DNA of 64,000 nt from an uncultured Bacilli bacterium (GCA_934096075.1 CAKOLN010000001.1:79242-143241), one strand, 5' to 3'; numbered from the stretch's first letter, positions 1 to 10,792 are shown. Numbers and translations: made by a program. The notes: generated from the letters alone by a model not told the origin.

Positions 1-90
1 AAGAGATGAAAAAGATATTTTATATGATGAGCAAGATATTTTTGTTTTTTTCTATAAAATGTTGTATACTAATTGTAGGTGTATGGTTAT

Positions 91-492
91 ATGAATAAAA
101 AGGGATTTACTTTAACAGAGTTATTAATTGTTATTGTACTTTTAATAGTTGTTATGGGAAGTACAATATTAAATATGCAAAAAATAAGTGAAGAATCTAA
201 AATAAAAAATTTAAAAAGAATAAAAACTCAAGTAGAATTAGCTACTAAGGTGTACTTTAATAATACTAAAGTATATGAACAAAGTTTATTAAATGGTACA
301 AGTACAGAGATATGTACTAGACTATATGTTTTAGAAAATAAGGATTTAATTGATATAGATTTAACTGACCCTATGACTGGTAAAAGAATACCTGGTAACT
401 TATGTGTAATGTCTAGATTAAATGATGAAGGGATAGTTGAACATCATTTTGAATATATAGAAAATATAATAAATGAGTATGAAAATAAATAG
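91..492 (+). CDS. Prepilin-type N-terminal cleavage/methylation domain protein (pseudopilin-like)
   Basis: N-terminus MNKKGFTLTELLIVIVLLIVV matches the class III signal G|FTLTE. ATG at 91 follows a GTAGGTG RBS. The ORF track starts at an upstream GTG (79). Confidence 0.5.
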   Translation: MNKKGFTLTELLIVIVLLIVVMGSTILNMQKISEESKIKNLKRIKTQVELATKVYFNNTKVYEQSLLNGTSTEICTRLYVLENKDLIDIDLTDPMTGKRIPGNLCVMSRLNDEGIVEHHFEYIENIINEYENK

Positions 493-561
493 TCAACCAA
501 AAAAGGTTGACTTTGTTAATAAAATGTAATAGAATATTAATGAGAAAGCGAGGGATATATA

Positions 562-828
562 ATGGTAAAATTAAGACTTAAAAGAATGGGTAGTAAAAAG
601 AAACCTTATTACAGAATAGTTGCAGCTGATAGTCATGATAGAAGAGATGGATCTTTTATCGAATTAGTGGGAACATATAGTCCATTAGAAGATTCAAAAA
701 TTAATATTAATGAAGAAGTTGCTCTTAAATGGTTAAGAAATGGTGCTATGCCAACTGATACAGTTAAAAATTTATTAAGTAAGGCTGGAGTTATGGAAAA
801 ATTCCATAATGAAAGAAATGCTAAGTAA
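562..828 (+). CDS. rpsP: 30S ribosomal protein S16
   Basis: [30 protein letters not shown] is a typical S16 N-terminus. A KH-domain gene follows, as in the rpsP-ylqC arrangement. Confidence 0.9.
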   Translation: MVKLRLKRMGSKKKPYYRIVAADSHDRRDGSFIELVGTYSPLEDSKININEEVALKWLRNGAMPTDTVKNLLSKAGVMEKFHNERNAK

Positions 829-1070
829 TGAGTATAGAAGAATTTGCAGAATTTCTTGTTACTAACATCGCTACTGAAAGTGATTTGGTTAAAGTAAAAA
901 AATTTGTTACTGAAGAAGGAACTATTTTAGAAATCTTAGTAAGTGAAAGTGATATGTCACGAGTAATAGGAAAGCAAGGTAGAGTGGCTAATTCAATTAA
1001 AAGTTTAATACAAGTAAAAGCTTATAATGAAGGTATTAAAAATTTAAAAATAAATATTGATTCTTTTTAG
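828..1070 (+). CDS. KH-domain RNA-binding protein (YlqC-like)
   Basis: About 80 aa with a VIGKQGRVANSIKSLI KH motif. Its start overlaps the rpsP stop. Confidence 0.7.
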   Translation: MSIEEFAEFLVTNIATESDLVKVKKFVTEEGTILEILVSESDMSRVIGKQGRVANSIKSLIQVKAYNEGIKNLKINIDSF

Positions 1071-1251
1071 AATTGATATTTTTTTGTTATATTAATTAAA
1101 TATATGTTAAATAGTGTAAATGATTTGTAAAATGATATTTAAATATTCTAATCAATGATATAATTAAGTCACGGAAGAATATACATAAAGCAACCTAAAT
1201 TATATATAATGATAATAGTTTATGTGTTATTCTTAATATGGAGGAAGAAAA

Positions 1252-3456
1252 ATGATTAAGTTAGATAAGGTAAGTAAGTATTATTATTCTAATGGTATGG
1301 TGAGTTCTGGAATCTCTAAAGTTTCTTTGGAATTTAATATGGGTGAATTTATTGCGATTACTGGTGCTTCAGGAAGTGGTAAATCAACATTATTAAATGT
1401 AATAAGTGGTCTTGATACTTATGAAGATGGAGAAATGTATATTAATGGAAAAGAGACTAGTCATTATACAGAAAGAGAATATGAAGATTATAGAAGAAAT
1501 TATATTGGTAATATATTTCAAAACTTTAATCTTATTAATAGTTATACTGTTTATCAAAATGTTGAATTGGTTCTTTTATTAAATGGATATAAAAGAAGAG
1601 AGGTTAAATCAAGAATATTAGATATTTTGAAGAAAGTTGGACTTTATAAGTATAGACATACTAAAGTATCTAAATTAAGTGGTGGTATGAAACAACGTGT
1701 TGCGATTGCGAGATGTTTGGCAAAAGATACACCTATAATAATTGCTGATGAACCTACTGGTAATTTAGATTCTAGGTCTGCAGAAAGTATTATTAAATTA
1801 CTAAGTGAAATAAGTGAATATAAATTAGTAATAATTGTAACACATAACTACGACCAAGTAAGTGAGTATGTTACAAGAAAAATTACTATGCATGATGGAA
1901 GAGTAATTGAAGATAATAAAATAAAGGATTATAAAAAAGTAGATAATTTTAATTTAAGTACTAATAAAGATGCTAAGATAGTATCAAAATTAAGACTTGG
2001 TATTAGAAATACATTTAATATATTACCAAAGTTCTTATTACTTAGTTTTGTGTATTTGTTTATTATTTTTGCAATTAGTATGACATATGCTTCTTTTCAA
2101 AAAGGTGAATATGAGTCAAGTATAAGTGGAAGTAATTCATTTTTTAATACTAAAGATTTAGAGAAAAGAATTATTATTAGGAAGTTAGATGGAACAAATA
2201 TAACTGATGAAGAATATGAAAGTATTTCTCATATTAATAATGTAGATTATATTGTTAGAGATGATTTAGTTTTAGATAATCAAATAGATATTTATGATAA
2301 TGATGTTTATTTATATGGATATGCTAATGAGGCTTCTAAGTTTAAAGGTAAAGTTGATTTAGGAAGAAATATTGAAAATGATAACGAGATAATAGTTAGT
2401 GGTAGTAAGAATAATTGGTATTTGAGTGATGGAGATAAAATATTAGACAAAGAACTTAATATTGAAGGAATATATAATAGTGATGGAAGTGAGTATAAAG
2501 TAAAGATCGTAGGTATTTCTTATGATGAGTCTAGAGAATATGAGTTAGATTTTTATATGAGTAGTACATTAATAAATAAATTTAATAAAACTTTGATTAA
2601 TAGATTTAGTAAGATGTCATTTTTATTTAATGATAAGTTAGTTAATTATGATTATGTATCTAGTGATATGTTAGTATCTAGTGATAAAGTACCTGAAGGA
2701 ACAGCATTTATTAGCGAAAATGATAGTTATAATTGTAAGAAGGGTAATTGTAAAAAAACTAATTTAGAAGTATCTTTAACAAATCAAAAATTTACTAATA
2801 AAATAGATTTAACTATTACTAATGAATATAATAAGAGTAATATTAAGAGATTATTAGGTATAGATTATAATGATGAGCATTCTAATTCTATTTATGTAAA
2901 TCAAGCAGATTATGATAAGTTATATGATATGAACAGTTATCAATCTAGTGTGTTTATTAAAGATTATAAAGAAAAAGATAGTGTTATTAATACATTAAAA
3001 GATATGGGATTTGATACTTTCTATCTTAAAGATGGTTTATATATATCTACAATGGTAGGTGTTCTTAGAATAGCAAAATTATTAGTTATGGTTACTTTGA
3101 TAGTAGTTTTATTCTTTATAAGTTATTTTGTAATTAAGTTAATACTTAAATCTAGAAATATTTACTTTAGTATTATAAGAATGCTTGGTAGTAGTATTAG
3201 AACAACAAAAAGATTATTAGATATAGAATTATTAACAATTACTAATTTAATGTATTTGATTTATATTACTTTCTTAGAATTAGTTAAGCATAATGTTATA
3301 GCTAGTGGTATGAAAGATACCTTGAGTTATTTAGGATTAAAGGAAAATATAATTATTTATGTTATTTTAATAGTTATGACATTCTTATTAAGTACTAAAT
3401 ATGCTAGAAAGATATTTACTAATAGTTCTATGAGTGTTTATAGGAGTGAGGTGTAA
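1252..3456 (+). CDS. ABC transporter, fused ATP-binding/permease (MacB/FtsX-like)
   Basis: Walker A GASGSGKST, signature LSGGMKQRVAIAR and Walker B IIIADEPT are present. One TM segment follows the ATPase, then a ~470-aa extracytoplasmic region, then a C-terminal 3-TM FtsX-like block. Confidence 0.8.
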   Translation: MIKLDKVSKYYYSNGMVSSGISKVSLEFNMGEFIAITGASGSGKSTLLNVISGLDTYEDGEMYINGKETSHYTEREYEDYRRNYIGNIFQNFNLINSYTVYQNVELVLLLNGYKRREVKSRILDILKKVGLYKYRHTKVSKLSGGMKQRVAIARCLAKDTPIIIADEPTGNLDSRSAESIIKLLSEISEYKLVIIVTHNYDQVSEYVTRKITMHDGRVIEDNKIKDYKKVDNFNLSTNKDAKIVSKLRLGIRNTFNILPKFLLLSFVYLFIIFAISMTYASFQKGEYESSISGSNSFFNTKDLEKRIIIRKLDGTNITDEEYESISHINNVDYIVRDDLVLDNQIDIYDNDVYLYGYANEASKFKGKVDLGRNIENDNEIIVSGSKNNWYLSDGDKILDKELNIEGIYNSDGSEYKVKIVGISYDESREYELDFYMSSTLINKFNKTLINRFSKMSFLFNDKLVNYDYVSSDMLVSSDKVPEGTAFISENDSYNCKKGNCKKTNLEVSLTNQKFTNKIDLTITNEYNKSNIKRLLGIDYNDEHSNSIYVNQADYDKLYDMNSYQSSVFIKDYKEKDSVINTLKDMGFDTFYLKDGLYISTMVGVLRIAKLLVMVTLIVVLFFISYFVIKLILKSRNIYFSIIRMLGSSIRTTKRLLDIELLTITNLMYLIYITFLELVKHNVIASGMKDTLSYLGLKENIIIYVILIVMTFLLSTKYARKIFTNSSMSVYRSEV

Positions 3457-3457
3457 T

Positions 3458-5872
3458 ATGATTAAGTTAATTAATGTTAATAAGTATTTTAATAGACATA
3501 GAAAAAGTGAAATACATGTTATAGATAATACTTCTTTAGAGTTACCTGACAATGGATTAGTTACATTTTTAGGTGAAAGTGGATGTGGTAAAACTACTCT
3601 TTTAAACGCTATAGGTGGTTTAGATAAAGTTAATAAAGGTAAAATAATTATTGATGGAGAAAAGATAACTGGTAGAAGTATAAATAAAGTTGATAAGATA
3701 AGAAGTTTAAAGATAGGTTACATATTTCAAGATTATAATCTTATAGATAATATGACTGTTTTTGATAATGTTGCTTTAGCACTTAAAATGAATGGTTTAA
3801 AAGATAAAACTGAAATAGAAAAAAGAGTTAATTATGTTTTAGAACGTGTTGGAATGTATAGATATAGAAAAAGACTTGCTAATATGCTTAGTGGAGGAGA
3901 AAGACAAAGAGTTGGAATTGCAAGGGCTATTGTTAAGAATCCTAAGATTATTATCGCAGATGAACCTACTGGTAATTTGGATAGTAAGAATACTTTAGAA
4001 ATAATGAATATAATTAAATCAATTTCTAGGGAAAGATTAGTAATTTTAGTAACACATGAAAAAGATATTGCTGAATTTTATTCAGATAGAATATTGCATA
4101 TACAAGATGGTAAAGTTATTAGTGATGAAAAAAATGAGGTTCCAAGTGATTTAGATTATAGATTAGATGGTAAGATTTATTTAAAAGATATTAAAAATAA
4201 AGAAACTGTTAATAAAGATAATTTAAAGATAAATTATTATAATGATAATAATGAAAAAATTGAATTAGATATTGTTCTTAAGAATGGTAATATTTATATA
4301 AATAGTAAGACTAATGAAAAGGTTGAAGTTCTTAATAATGAATCTACTGTTGAATTTGTGAATGAACATTATAAAAAGATAGATAAAAGTATATATGAAA
4401 ATTATAAATTTGATTTAGATAGTGTAAGTGATAAGAATTATAAAGTTAGATACTCAAGTATATATAATCCAATTACTTCTTTAGTTACAGGTATAAAGAA
4501 AGTATTGAATTATAAAGCAGTGAAAAAAGTGTTATTGTTTGGTTTTGTATTGAGTGCGATGTTTATAACATTTAGTGTATCAAGTATACTTGCTTCATTA
4601 AAAGTGGATGAAAAGAACTTTTTAACATATAATAAAAACTATTTATTAGTTAATGATAAACAAGTGTCTTTAGATGATTTTGTTAAGTATAGTGATAATG
4701 AAGATATAAAGTATGTTATACCAGGAGAATCTATTGTGACATTTATATTGAGGTTTAATAAGTATTATCAAACTTTTAATAGTAGTGTTAGTTTAACTGG
4801 ATCTATGACTGATAAAAGTTATTTAAGTGAAAATGATATTATATATGGTAGAAGTATTAGTGAATCTAATGAAATAATTGTTGATAAATTTATTATAGAT
4901 AAAGTGATAAATGAAGACTATAATCCTAAGATGGCTGGATATGGTAAAGCAATTGATTACATTAATCAAGTTGTTAGTTTAGGTGGTGTTAAAGATTATA
5001 CTATAGTAGGTATATCTGATACTGGAGAGCCAAATATTTATGTTAGTGATAGTGAATTTTATACAATTATAGATAATAGCAAAGAAGATTTATATTCATA
5101 TGATGAAGAAAGTACTGTTGTTGATTATAATTTAGTAAGTGATTTTACTTTGGTTAAAGGTAGAATGCCAGAGAATGCTTATGAAGTAATAATTAATAAT
5201 GATTTAAGTGATACTTATAAATTAAATAAAACAATAGATACAAAAATTAATGATACTAAACTTACTGTTGTTGGTTATTACACAAGTTTAAGTAATATTA
5301 ATAAGTATTTAGTTGGACCAGAAACAATAAGAATAAAGGTTATAACTTCTACAAGTAATGTGAGTGTTTATACTGAAAATAAAGAGGCAGTAACAAAATA
5401 TTTTAAAGACAATGATATAAATGTTGAAGATTCTTATAAGAAAAGTAAAGATGTTTATATGTCTGATATTAGAGATAGTTTGAATAGTAAGTTATTATTT
5501 AGTGGAATTATTTTAGTTGTTTCATTAGTGGAAATTTTCTTGATGATTAGAAGTAGTTTCTTATCTCGTGTTAGAGAAGTTGGTATTTTAAGAGCTATTG
5601 GATTTAAAAGAAGAGATATTTATAAGATGTTTGGTGGAGAAATACTTGCGATTACATTACTTGCTAGTACACCTGGATATTTAATAATGAGTTATATATT
5701 GTATCAATTAGCAAAGATGCCTTATGTAAGTAGTTATATTGAATTTAGTCCAATTATGTTGATTGTAAGTTATGTTTTAATATTAATGTTTAATTTAGTA
5801 TTTGGATTAATACCGGTTTATAGAACAATTAGTAAAAGGCCTGCAAGAATATTAAGTAGAAATGATGCATAA
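3458..5872 (+). CDS. ABC transporter, fused ATP-binding/permease (MacB/FtsX-like), second subunit
   Basis: Walker A GESGCGKTT, LSGGERQRVGIAR and IIIADEPT are present, with the same architecture as the upstream gene. ATG at 3458 follows an AGGAGTGAGG RBS. The ORF track begins upstream at 3434. Confidence 0.8.
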   Translation: MIKLINVNKYFNRHRKSEIHVIDNTSLELPDNGLVTFLGESGCGKTTLLNAIGGLDKVNKGKIIIDGEKITGRSINKVDKIRSLKIGYIFQDYNLIDNMTVFDNVALALKMNGLKDKTEIEKRVNYVLERVGMYRYRKRLANMLSGGERQRVGIARAIVKNPKIIIADEPTGNLDSKNTLEIMNIIKSISRERLVILVTHEKDIAEFYSDRILHIQDGKVISDEKNEVPSDLDYRLDGKIYLKDIKNKETVNKDNLKINYYNDNNEKIELDIVLKNGNIYINSKTNEKVEVLNNESTVEFVNEHYKKIDKSIYENYKFDLDSVSDKNYKVRYSSIYNPITSLVTGIKKVLNYKAVKKVLLFGFVLSAMFITFSVSSILASLKVDEKNFLTYNKNYLLVNDKQVSLDDFVKYSDNEDIKYVIPGESIVTFILRFNKYYQTFNSSVSLTGSMTDKSYLSENDIIYGRSISESNEIIVDKFIIDKVINEDYNPKMAGYGKAIDYINQVVSLGGVKDYTIVGISDTGEPNIYVSDSEFYTIIDNSKEDLYSYDEESTVVDYNLVSDFTLVKGRMPENAYEVIINNDLSDTYKLNKTIDTKINDTKLTVVGYYTSLSNINKYLVGPETIRIKVITSTSNVSVYTENKEAVTKYFKDNDINVEDSYKKSKDVYMSDIRDSLNSKLLFSGIILVVSLVEIFLMIRSSFLSRVREVGILRAIGFKRRDIYKMFGGEILAITLLASTPGYLIMSYILYQLAKMPYVSSYIEFSPIMLIVSYVLILMFNLVFGLIPVYRTISKRPARILSRNDA

Positions 5873-5980
5873 TCATTTCTATTTTTTACATAATAGTGAG
5901 TTATCGACCATTTTTAGGGGTATACATATCAATTTTGGGCGATAACTTATTTTTCTTTGTATAAAAATGTTTGTCTAAGT

Positions 5981-6010
5981 GTTGACTTTTAATTCAAAAT
6001 AGGGTATCAT
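5981..6010 (+). promoter_or_regulatory. Putative sigma-A promoter for tRNA-Ser
   Basis: TTGACT, a spacer of about 17-18 nt, then TATCAT, ending about 20 nt before the tRNA 5' end. Confidence 0.35.
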
Positions 6011-6030
6011 TTAGAAGTAATCAGGCAAAT

Positions 6031-6121
6031 GGAGTGATACTCAAGTGGTTGAAGAGGCGCCCCTGCTAAGGGTGTAGATCGGGAAACTGGTGCGAGAGTT
6101 CAAATCTCTCTCACTCCGCCA
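6031..6121 (+). tRNA. tRNA-Ser (anticodon GCU)
   Basis: Cloverleaf: acceptor GGAGTGA/TCACTCC, anticodon arm CGCCC-CTGCTAA-GGGTG, long variable arm, T-arm GAGAG-TTCAAAT-CTCTC, encoded CCA. Confidence 0.85.
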
Positions 6122-6189
6122 ATTATAAAATTAACTCCTTAATGGAGTTTTTTCTTTATATTTTAATAAAAAAATGATATAGTTAATTC

Positions 6190-8367
6190 ATGAAAGAAAA
6201 TAGTTACATTAAAGGAAATATAGTTAAAATATTATATGAAAGTTCTACTGGTTATAAAGTAGGACTATTTAAAGTGAAAGAATCTAGTGATGATGTAAAA
6301 GAATTTTTGAATAAGACTATGACATTTACTGGTAATTTTATGCCTCTTAATAATGAAATAACTTATATTTTTAAAGGTAATTTGATAAATCATGCTAGGT
6401 TTGGAATACAGTTTAATGTAACAAGTTATGAATCTGTTATACCAAGTGATACTGATGGAATAATAATGTATTTATCTAGTGGTATATTTAAAGGAATAGG
6501 ACCAAAAACAGCTAAAGTAATTGTAGATACTTTTGGTGAAGAGACTATAAATGAAATAAAGAATGGTAATCCTGTTTTATCTAGATTAAAGGGTATGAAT
6601 GAGAAGAAAGCAAGGGAACTTACTAAGAAAATATTAGAATATGATAAAGATCAAGAATTGATTATAGAATTTAATAAATTAGGTTTTACTACTGAAGAGT
6701 GTTTAAAAATTGTTAATAAATATAAAGATAGATGTTTTGATATTATAGAAAATAATATATATATGTTAGAAAGTGATATTAATTTTATAAAGTTAGATAA
6801 AGTTTTTTTAACTAATCATGATGAATTTGAATGTGTTAGGATTGATGCTTTAATTAAATATTCAATTAAAAATCTTTGTTATACAACTGGGGATACTTTA
6901 GTTACTAGAGAAAGTTTATATTTAGAGATGAATAAATATTTTAGTATTAATTTAGATAGTAAATTGTTTTTAGATAGACTTAATGATTTGATTGTTTGTA
7001 AAACTGTTATAGAGGTGGATGAATTTATTACTTTAAATATGTTTTATGAAACTGAAGTTGAAATTGCTGATACTATAAATTATTTAAATAAAATTAAACC
7101 TACTTTTAATAAAGAAGATATAGATGATTATATTAATAAGTATCAAAAAGAAAATAATATTACTTTTAATAATTCTCAAATAGAAGCGATTAAAGGAAGC
7201 TTATTAAATAATTTATTTATTATTACAGGTGGACCTGGTACTGGTAAAACCACTATTATTAAAGCAGTAGTGGATATTTATGAAAAATTATGTGGTGATA
7301 TTGAACTTAAAGATATTACTCTTCTAGCACCAACTGGAAAAGCTAGTAAAAGAATAACTGAAAGTGTACATAGAAAGTCTAGTACTATTCATAAGTTCTT
7401 AAAGTGGAATAAAGAAACTAAGGAATTTAGTGTTAATAGATTTAATCCTGTAGATACTAGGTTAGTCATAATAGATGAATTTAGTATGGTAGATATATTT
7501 TTATTTAATAGTTTATTAGATGGTTTAACAAGTAAAGTGAAATTAATTTTAGTGGGGGATGCTAATCAATTGCCTAGTATTCAACCAGGAAATATTTTAG
7601 CGGATTTACTTAGTGATAAAAATTTACCAGGAATATATTTGACAGATATTTATAGAACTAAAAAGGAGTCTTATATAATTCCTCTTGCGATGGATATAAA
7701 GAATAGAAAAGTTTTTGAAGATTTTCCTACTAATTATGAAGATTTTAAATTTTTTTCAGTACCAGATATACAAATTAAATCTTATTTAACTACAATTTTT
7801 AAACATGCTAGAGATAAGAATATGTCTATAGAAGATTTTCAAGTTTTGATTCCTATGTATAAGGGAGAAAATGGAATAGATAATATTAATAATTTAATGC
7901 AATCTATATTTAATCCTGAATCTATCATGAAAAAAGAAATTGTTATTAGAGATGTAACTTATAGAGAAGGAGATAAAGTTATTCAATTAGTTAATGATGT
8001 TGATAATAATATATTTAATGGAGATACTGGATATATTAAAAGAATTATTATGGGTAAGAATCCTTTTATTGAAATAGATTATAATGGTAATGTAGTATCC
8101 TATAAAAAAGGTAAGTTTGATGAATTTACTTTAGCTTATGCAATAAGTGTGCATAAAAGTCAGGGAAGTGAATATGATAATGTAGTGGTGGTTTTACCTT
8201 CTAATATGAAGAGAATGCTTTATAATAAACTTATTTATACAGCTGTTACAAGAGCTAAAAAGAGTTTAATTATTATTGGAAATATAGATAGTTTAAATTA
8301 TGCTGTTAAAACTGAATATAGTGTATATAGAAATACAGCTTTAAAGAAAATTTTAGGTATAAATTAA
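6190..8367 (+). CDS. recD2: ATP-dependent RecD-like DNA helicase
   Basis: 725 aa with Walker A GGPGTGKTT, helicase motif LILVGDANQLPS and C-terminal SVHKSQGSEYD. The N-terminal OB-like region is typical of RecD2. Confidence 0.85.
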   Translation: MKENSYIKGNIVKILYESSTGYKVGLFKVKESSDDVKEFLNKTMTFTGNFMPLNNEITYIFKGNLINHARFGIQFNVTSYESVIPSDTDGIIMYLSSGIFKGIGPKTAKVIVDTFGEETINEIKNGNPVLSRLKGMNEKKARELTKKILEYDKDQELIIEFNKLGFTTEECLKIVNKYKDRCFDIIENNIYMLESDINFIKLDKVFLTNHDEFECVRIDALIKYSIKNLCYTTGDTLVTRESLYLEMNKYFSINLDSKLFLDRLNDLIVCKTVIEVDEFITLNMFYETEVEIADTINYLNKIKPTFNKEDIDDYINKYQKENNITFNNSQIEAIKGSLLNNLFIITGGPGTGKTTIIKAVVDIYEKLCGDIELKDITLLAPTGKASKRITESVHRKSSTIHKFLKWNKETKEFSVNRFNPVDTRLVIIDEFSMVDIFLFNSLLDGLTSKVKLILVGDANQLPSIQPGNILADLLSDKNLPGIYLTDIYRTKKESYIIPLAMDIKNRKVFEDFPTNYEDFKFFSVPDIQIKSYLTTIFKHARDKNMSIEDFQVLIPMYKGENGIDNINNLMQSIFNPESIMKKEIVIRDVTYREGDKVIQLVNDVDNNIFNGDTGYIKRIIMGKNPFIEIDYNGNVVSYKKGKFDEFTLAYAISVHKSQGSEYDNVVVVLPSNMKRMLYNKLIYTAVTRAKKSLIIIGNIDSLNYAVKTEYSVYRNTALKKILGIN

Positions 8368-8406
8368 GTAATTTAGTAAATAATAATACTGAAGGAGAGT
8401 GTTATT

Positions 8407-8553
8407 ATGAATTTTATGAAAAATATGGCTTTTATGATGGGTGGCATAGGTGTTGGATATTGTGTTTCTAAATATGGAAAAGATATTAAAAAAGCCATGA
8501 AAAAAGGTAAAAAAGAAGTAATGAAAACTATCGAAGATTTTGAGAATATGTAA
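8407..8553 (+). CDS. Small Met/Gly/Lys-rich protein (48 aa), not in the ORF track
   Basis: MNFMKNMAFMMGGIGVGYCVSKYGKDIKKAMKKGKKEVMKTIEDFENM. A GAAGGAGAG RBS lies 7 nt upstream of the ATG. A perfect intrinsic terminator follows immediately at 8552-8581. Confidence 0.45.
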   Translation: MNFMKNMAFMMGGIGVGYCVSKYGKDIKKAMKKGKKEVMKTIEDFENM

Positions 8554-8581
8554 ACTCTAAGTATATTAGAGTTTATTTTTT
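8552..8581 (+). terminator. Rho-independent terminator
   Basis: AAACTCTAA-gtata-TTAGAGTTT hairpin followed by ATTTTTTG. Confidence 0.6.
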
Positions 8582-8652
8582 GTAAAGTGTTTACAAAAGT
8601 AATTGAATTTAATAATTTACATGGTAGAATATAGGTAGATGGGTGAAGAGAT

Positions 8653-9834
8653 ATGAATAATAAAAAAGAAAAATTAGATATAGAAGGTGTTAATGAGGTA
8701 GTTAAGACTGGAAGTAAAATATTAAATTTATTTTATGTAGTAATGGTATTTTTAATTATAATGGGTGTTATTTTTCTATGTAAAATACTTAATATTTTTC
8801 CTATATTATTTACTATATTGTCAGTTGTTAGTCCATTCTTTTTAGGTTTTATAATTGCGTGGCTTTTAAATCCAATTGTTAATAAATTAACTGATAAAGG
8901 TATGAGAAGAGGATGGGCAGTTGCTTTAGTATATTTAATGCTTGTAGTTTTGATATATTTATTTTGTTTGGCAATTATTCCGGCTTTAGTAGATCAGCTT
9001 AATGAAATGGCTAAGACAGCACCTGAATTATTACTTAATGTTAAAGATTTAATTAATAATATATTTGTAAAACTTAGTAATGGTACAAATATAGATATGA
9101 CTAATGTTAAAATGCAATTTATGAATTATTTAGAAGATTTTTCTAAGAATTTAACTACCGATTTACCAAGTAAAATAGTTTCTATAGTACAAGGTTTAAT
9201 TAGTGGAGTTGGTAAATTTTTAGTAGGAGCAGTTATAGGATTCTACTTATTGATGAATTTTAATAATGTTACTAAGTTCTTGATAAATATGGTTCCTAAG
9301 AAATTTAAGGGTGATGTTGAAAAATTATCTAATAATATAAGTGAAGTTTTATTTGGATTTGTAAATGGAACTTTCTTAGATTCATTAATTTTGTTAATTA
9401 TAAATATAATAGGTTTTTCATTGATTGGACTTAATGCACCAGTGTTATTTGCAGTATTCTGTGTAGTTACAAATATTATTCCTTATGTGGGACCTTATAT
9501 TGGCGGTATACCTGCGATTTTAGTTGGGTTTACACAAAGTCCATTAATAGGAACTTTAATATTGGTATTCATAGTAGCAACTCAAAGTATTGAAGGAAAT
9601 TTCTTACATCCAATTATTATGGGAAGAAAGATGGATTTACATCCAGTAACTATAGTAATTTCATTGTTGATATTTGAACACTTCTTTGGTATAATGGGTA
9701 TGGTTGTTGCGACACCAGTGGTTGCAGTATTAAAAGTAATATATGTATTCTTAGATGAAAAATTTGATTTCTTTGGATACAGTAAAGAGAAAAGTGTTAA
9801 AAAAGAAATAAGTAAAGTAAGCAATGCTAAATAG
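8653..9834 (+). CDS. AI-2E family transporter (PerM-like permease)
   Basis: 393 aa, multi-TM, with a conserved NIIPYVGPYIGGIPA segment typical of the AI-2E/PerM family. Confidence 0.7.
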   Translation: MNNKKEKLDIEGVNEVVKTGSKILNLFYVVMVFLIIMGVIFLCKILNIFPILFTILSVVSPFFLGFIIAWLLNPIVNKLTDKGMRRGWAVALVYLMLVVLIYLFCLAIIPALVDQLNEMAKTAPELLLNVKDLINNIFVKLSNGTNIDMTNVKMQFMNYLEDFSKNLTTDLPSKIVSIVQGLISGVGKFLVGAVIGFYLLMNFNNVTKFLINMVPKKFKGDVEKLSNNISEVLFGFVNGTFLDSLILLIINIIGFSLIGLNAPVLFAVFCVVTNIIPYVGPYIGGIPAILVGFTQSPLIGTLILVFIVATQSIEGNFLHPIIMGRKMDLHPVTIVISLLIFEHFFGIMGMVVATPVVAVLKVIYVFLDEKFDFFGYSKEKSVKKEISKVSNAK

Positions 9835-9837
9835 AGA

Positions 9838-9985
9838 ACTCTTGGTTGGTGGAAAAGAGAAGTATCTTATTTGAAAGCTATTCTTTGAGTGCTATAATAA
9901 TAGCCGGGTTCGCCCGTTAGAGAAATTAAGTTAAATAAGGATGGTACCACGTTTCTTCGTTCCTTGAAGAGATGTGGTTTTTTCT
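9838..9985 (+). promoter_or_regulatory. T-box leader (probable Ala specifier GCU)
   Basis: T-box-like AATTAAGTTAAATAAGGATGGTACCACG followed by a terminator hairpin ACCACG...TGTGGT plus a U-tract. GAAAGCTA sits in the putative specifier region. Architecture is paralogous to the serS leader at 33638, and the downstream operon ends in alaS. Confidence 0.55.
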
Positions 9986-10099
9986 TTAAATAATTTATCA
10001 AATAGCAAACATATTATTGACAAACATATATACTTATGATAATATTAAACCATGTTGTATGAAGAATTAAGTTAATGCTTTTAGAAAGGAGATAAGTTA

Positions 10100-10738
10100 A
10101 TGGAATTAGAAAAAAGATTTAATGACAGGTATGATGAAGTTACACTTCTTAAAGATAATCAAAAACTTAGTTTAACTTATGCACCTAATTTGGACTTATA
10201 TTTTACTATAGAAAATGCCACTGAATTTGTAATAACAAAAGAAGACTATAAAATTTATGAATTATTCTTGAATTTATATGAAACCATTATAAAAGGAGAT
10301 GTGTTTGGAAGGAGTACTTTTAATTACTACATTAATGATTATTTAAATTTTTTTGAAAGTGAACTATTTAATTATGAAGATTATTCTAAAGAAATAGAAA
10401 AAGAATTAAAAGTTGAAAGAATGGGAGATTATTATAATAATTTAGTAAAAGGAAATAGAATATTATGGAAGTGTGATGATTACCCCCATAATGAAGCTCC
10501 TTCTTTTGAAATAATTAAGGAAATGGATAAGTTTATAATAAAATTTGAAAGAGGAGAAAGTAAAAAAGAATATTTATTGCATCCTAAAAATAAGGTGTGT
10601 GTTAGAATAAGAACAAGTGGGTCATATTATAATTATTATTTTATTCCATTTATGAAATTATTTAAGGAGTTAAAAGTGCTAAACTTAGATGGGCAAATAC
10701 ATATTGAAGAATATTTATATACCAAAAAGTTAAAATGA
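10100..10738 (+). CDS. Hypothetical protein
   Basis: 212-aa ORF with no recognisable motifs. It is the first gene after the T-box leader. Confidence 0.4.
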   Translation: MELEKRFNDRYDEVTLLKDNQKLSLTYAPNLDLYFTIENATEFVITKEDYKIYELFLNLYETIIKGDVFGRSTFNYYINDYLNFFESELFNYEDYSKEIEKELKVERMGDYYNNLVKGNRILWKCDDYPHNEAPSFEIIKEMDKFIIKFERGESKKEYLLHPKNKVCVRIRTSGSYYNYYFIPFMKLFKELKVLNLDGQIHIEEYLYTKKLK

Positions 10739-10792
10739 AATTTGCAAAATGAATTTATTAATGATTATAAGGTTTGTGAAAGGAAGAGATGA

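Noticed and set aside
5893-5950. Imperfect inverted repeat AGTTATCGACC...GGGCGATAACT after the second ABC gene, as a terminator
   Set aside because: The ~27-nt loop and a mismatch in the stem make it a weak terminator candidate. It is noted but not called as a feature.
9582-9824. Antisense ORFs listed in the six-frame track. These include 9582-9824, 10997-11182, 15058-15345, 18252-18440, 19754-20051, 21158-21631, 23325-23606, 33750-33980, 35439-35624, 36493-36849, 38969-39211, 44473-44682, 48871-50439, 52114-52311, 52521-52760, 56083-56286, 56984-57289, 58812-59090, 59599-59805 and 63570-63842.
   Set aside because: All lie entirely within longer + strand genes that have clear homologs or motifs. 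Their translations are low-complexity Leu/Ile/Phe/Ser-rich, as expected for antisense of AT-rich coding DNA. None has an RBS.
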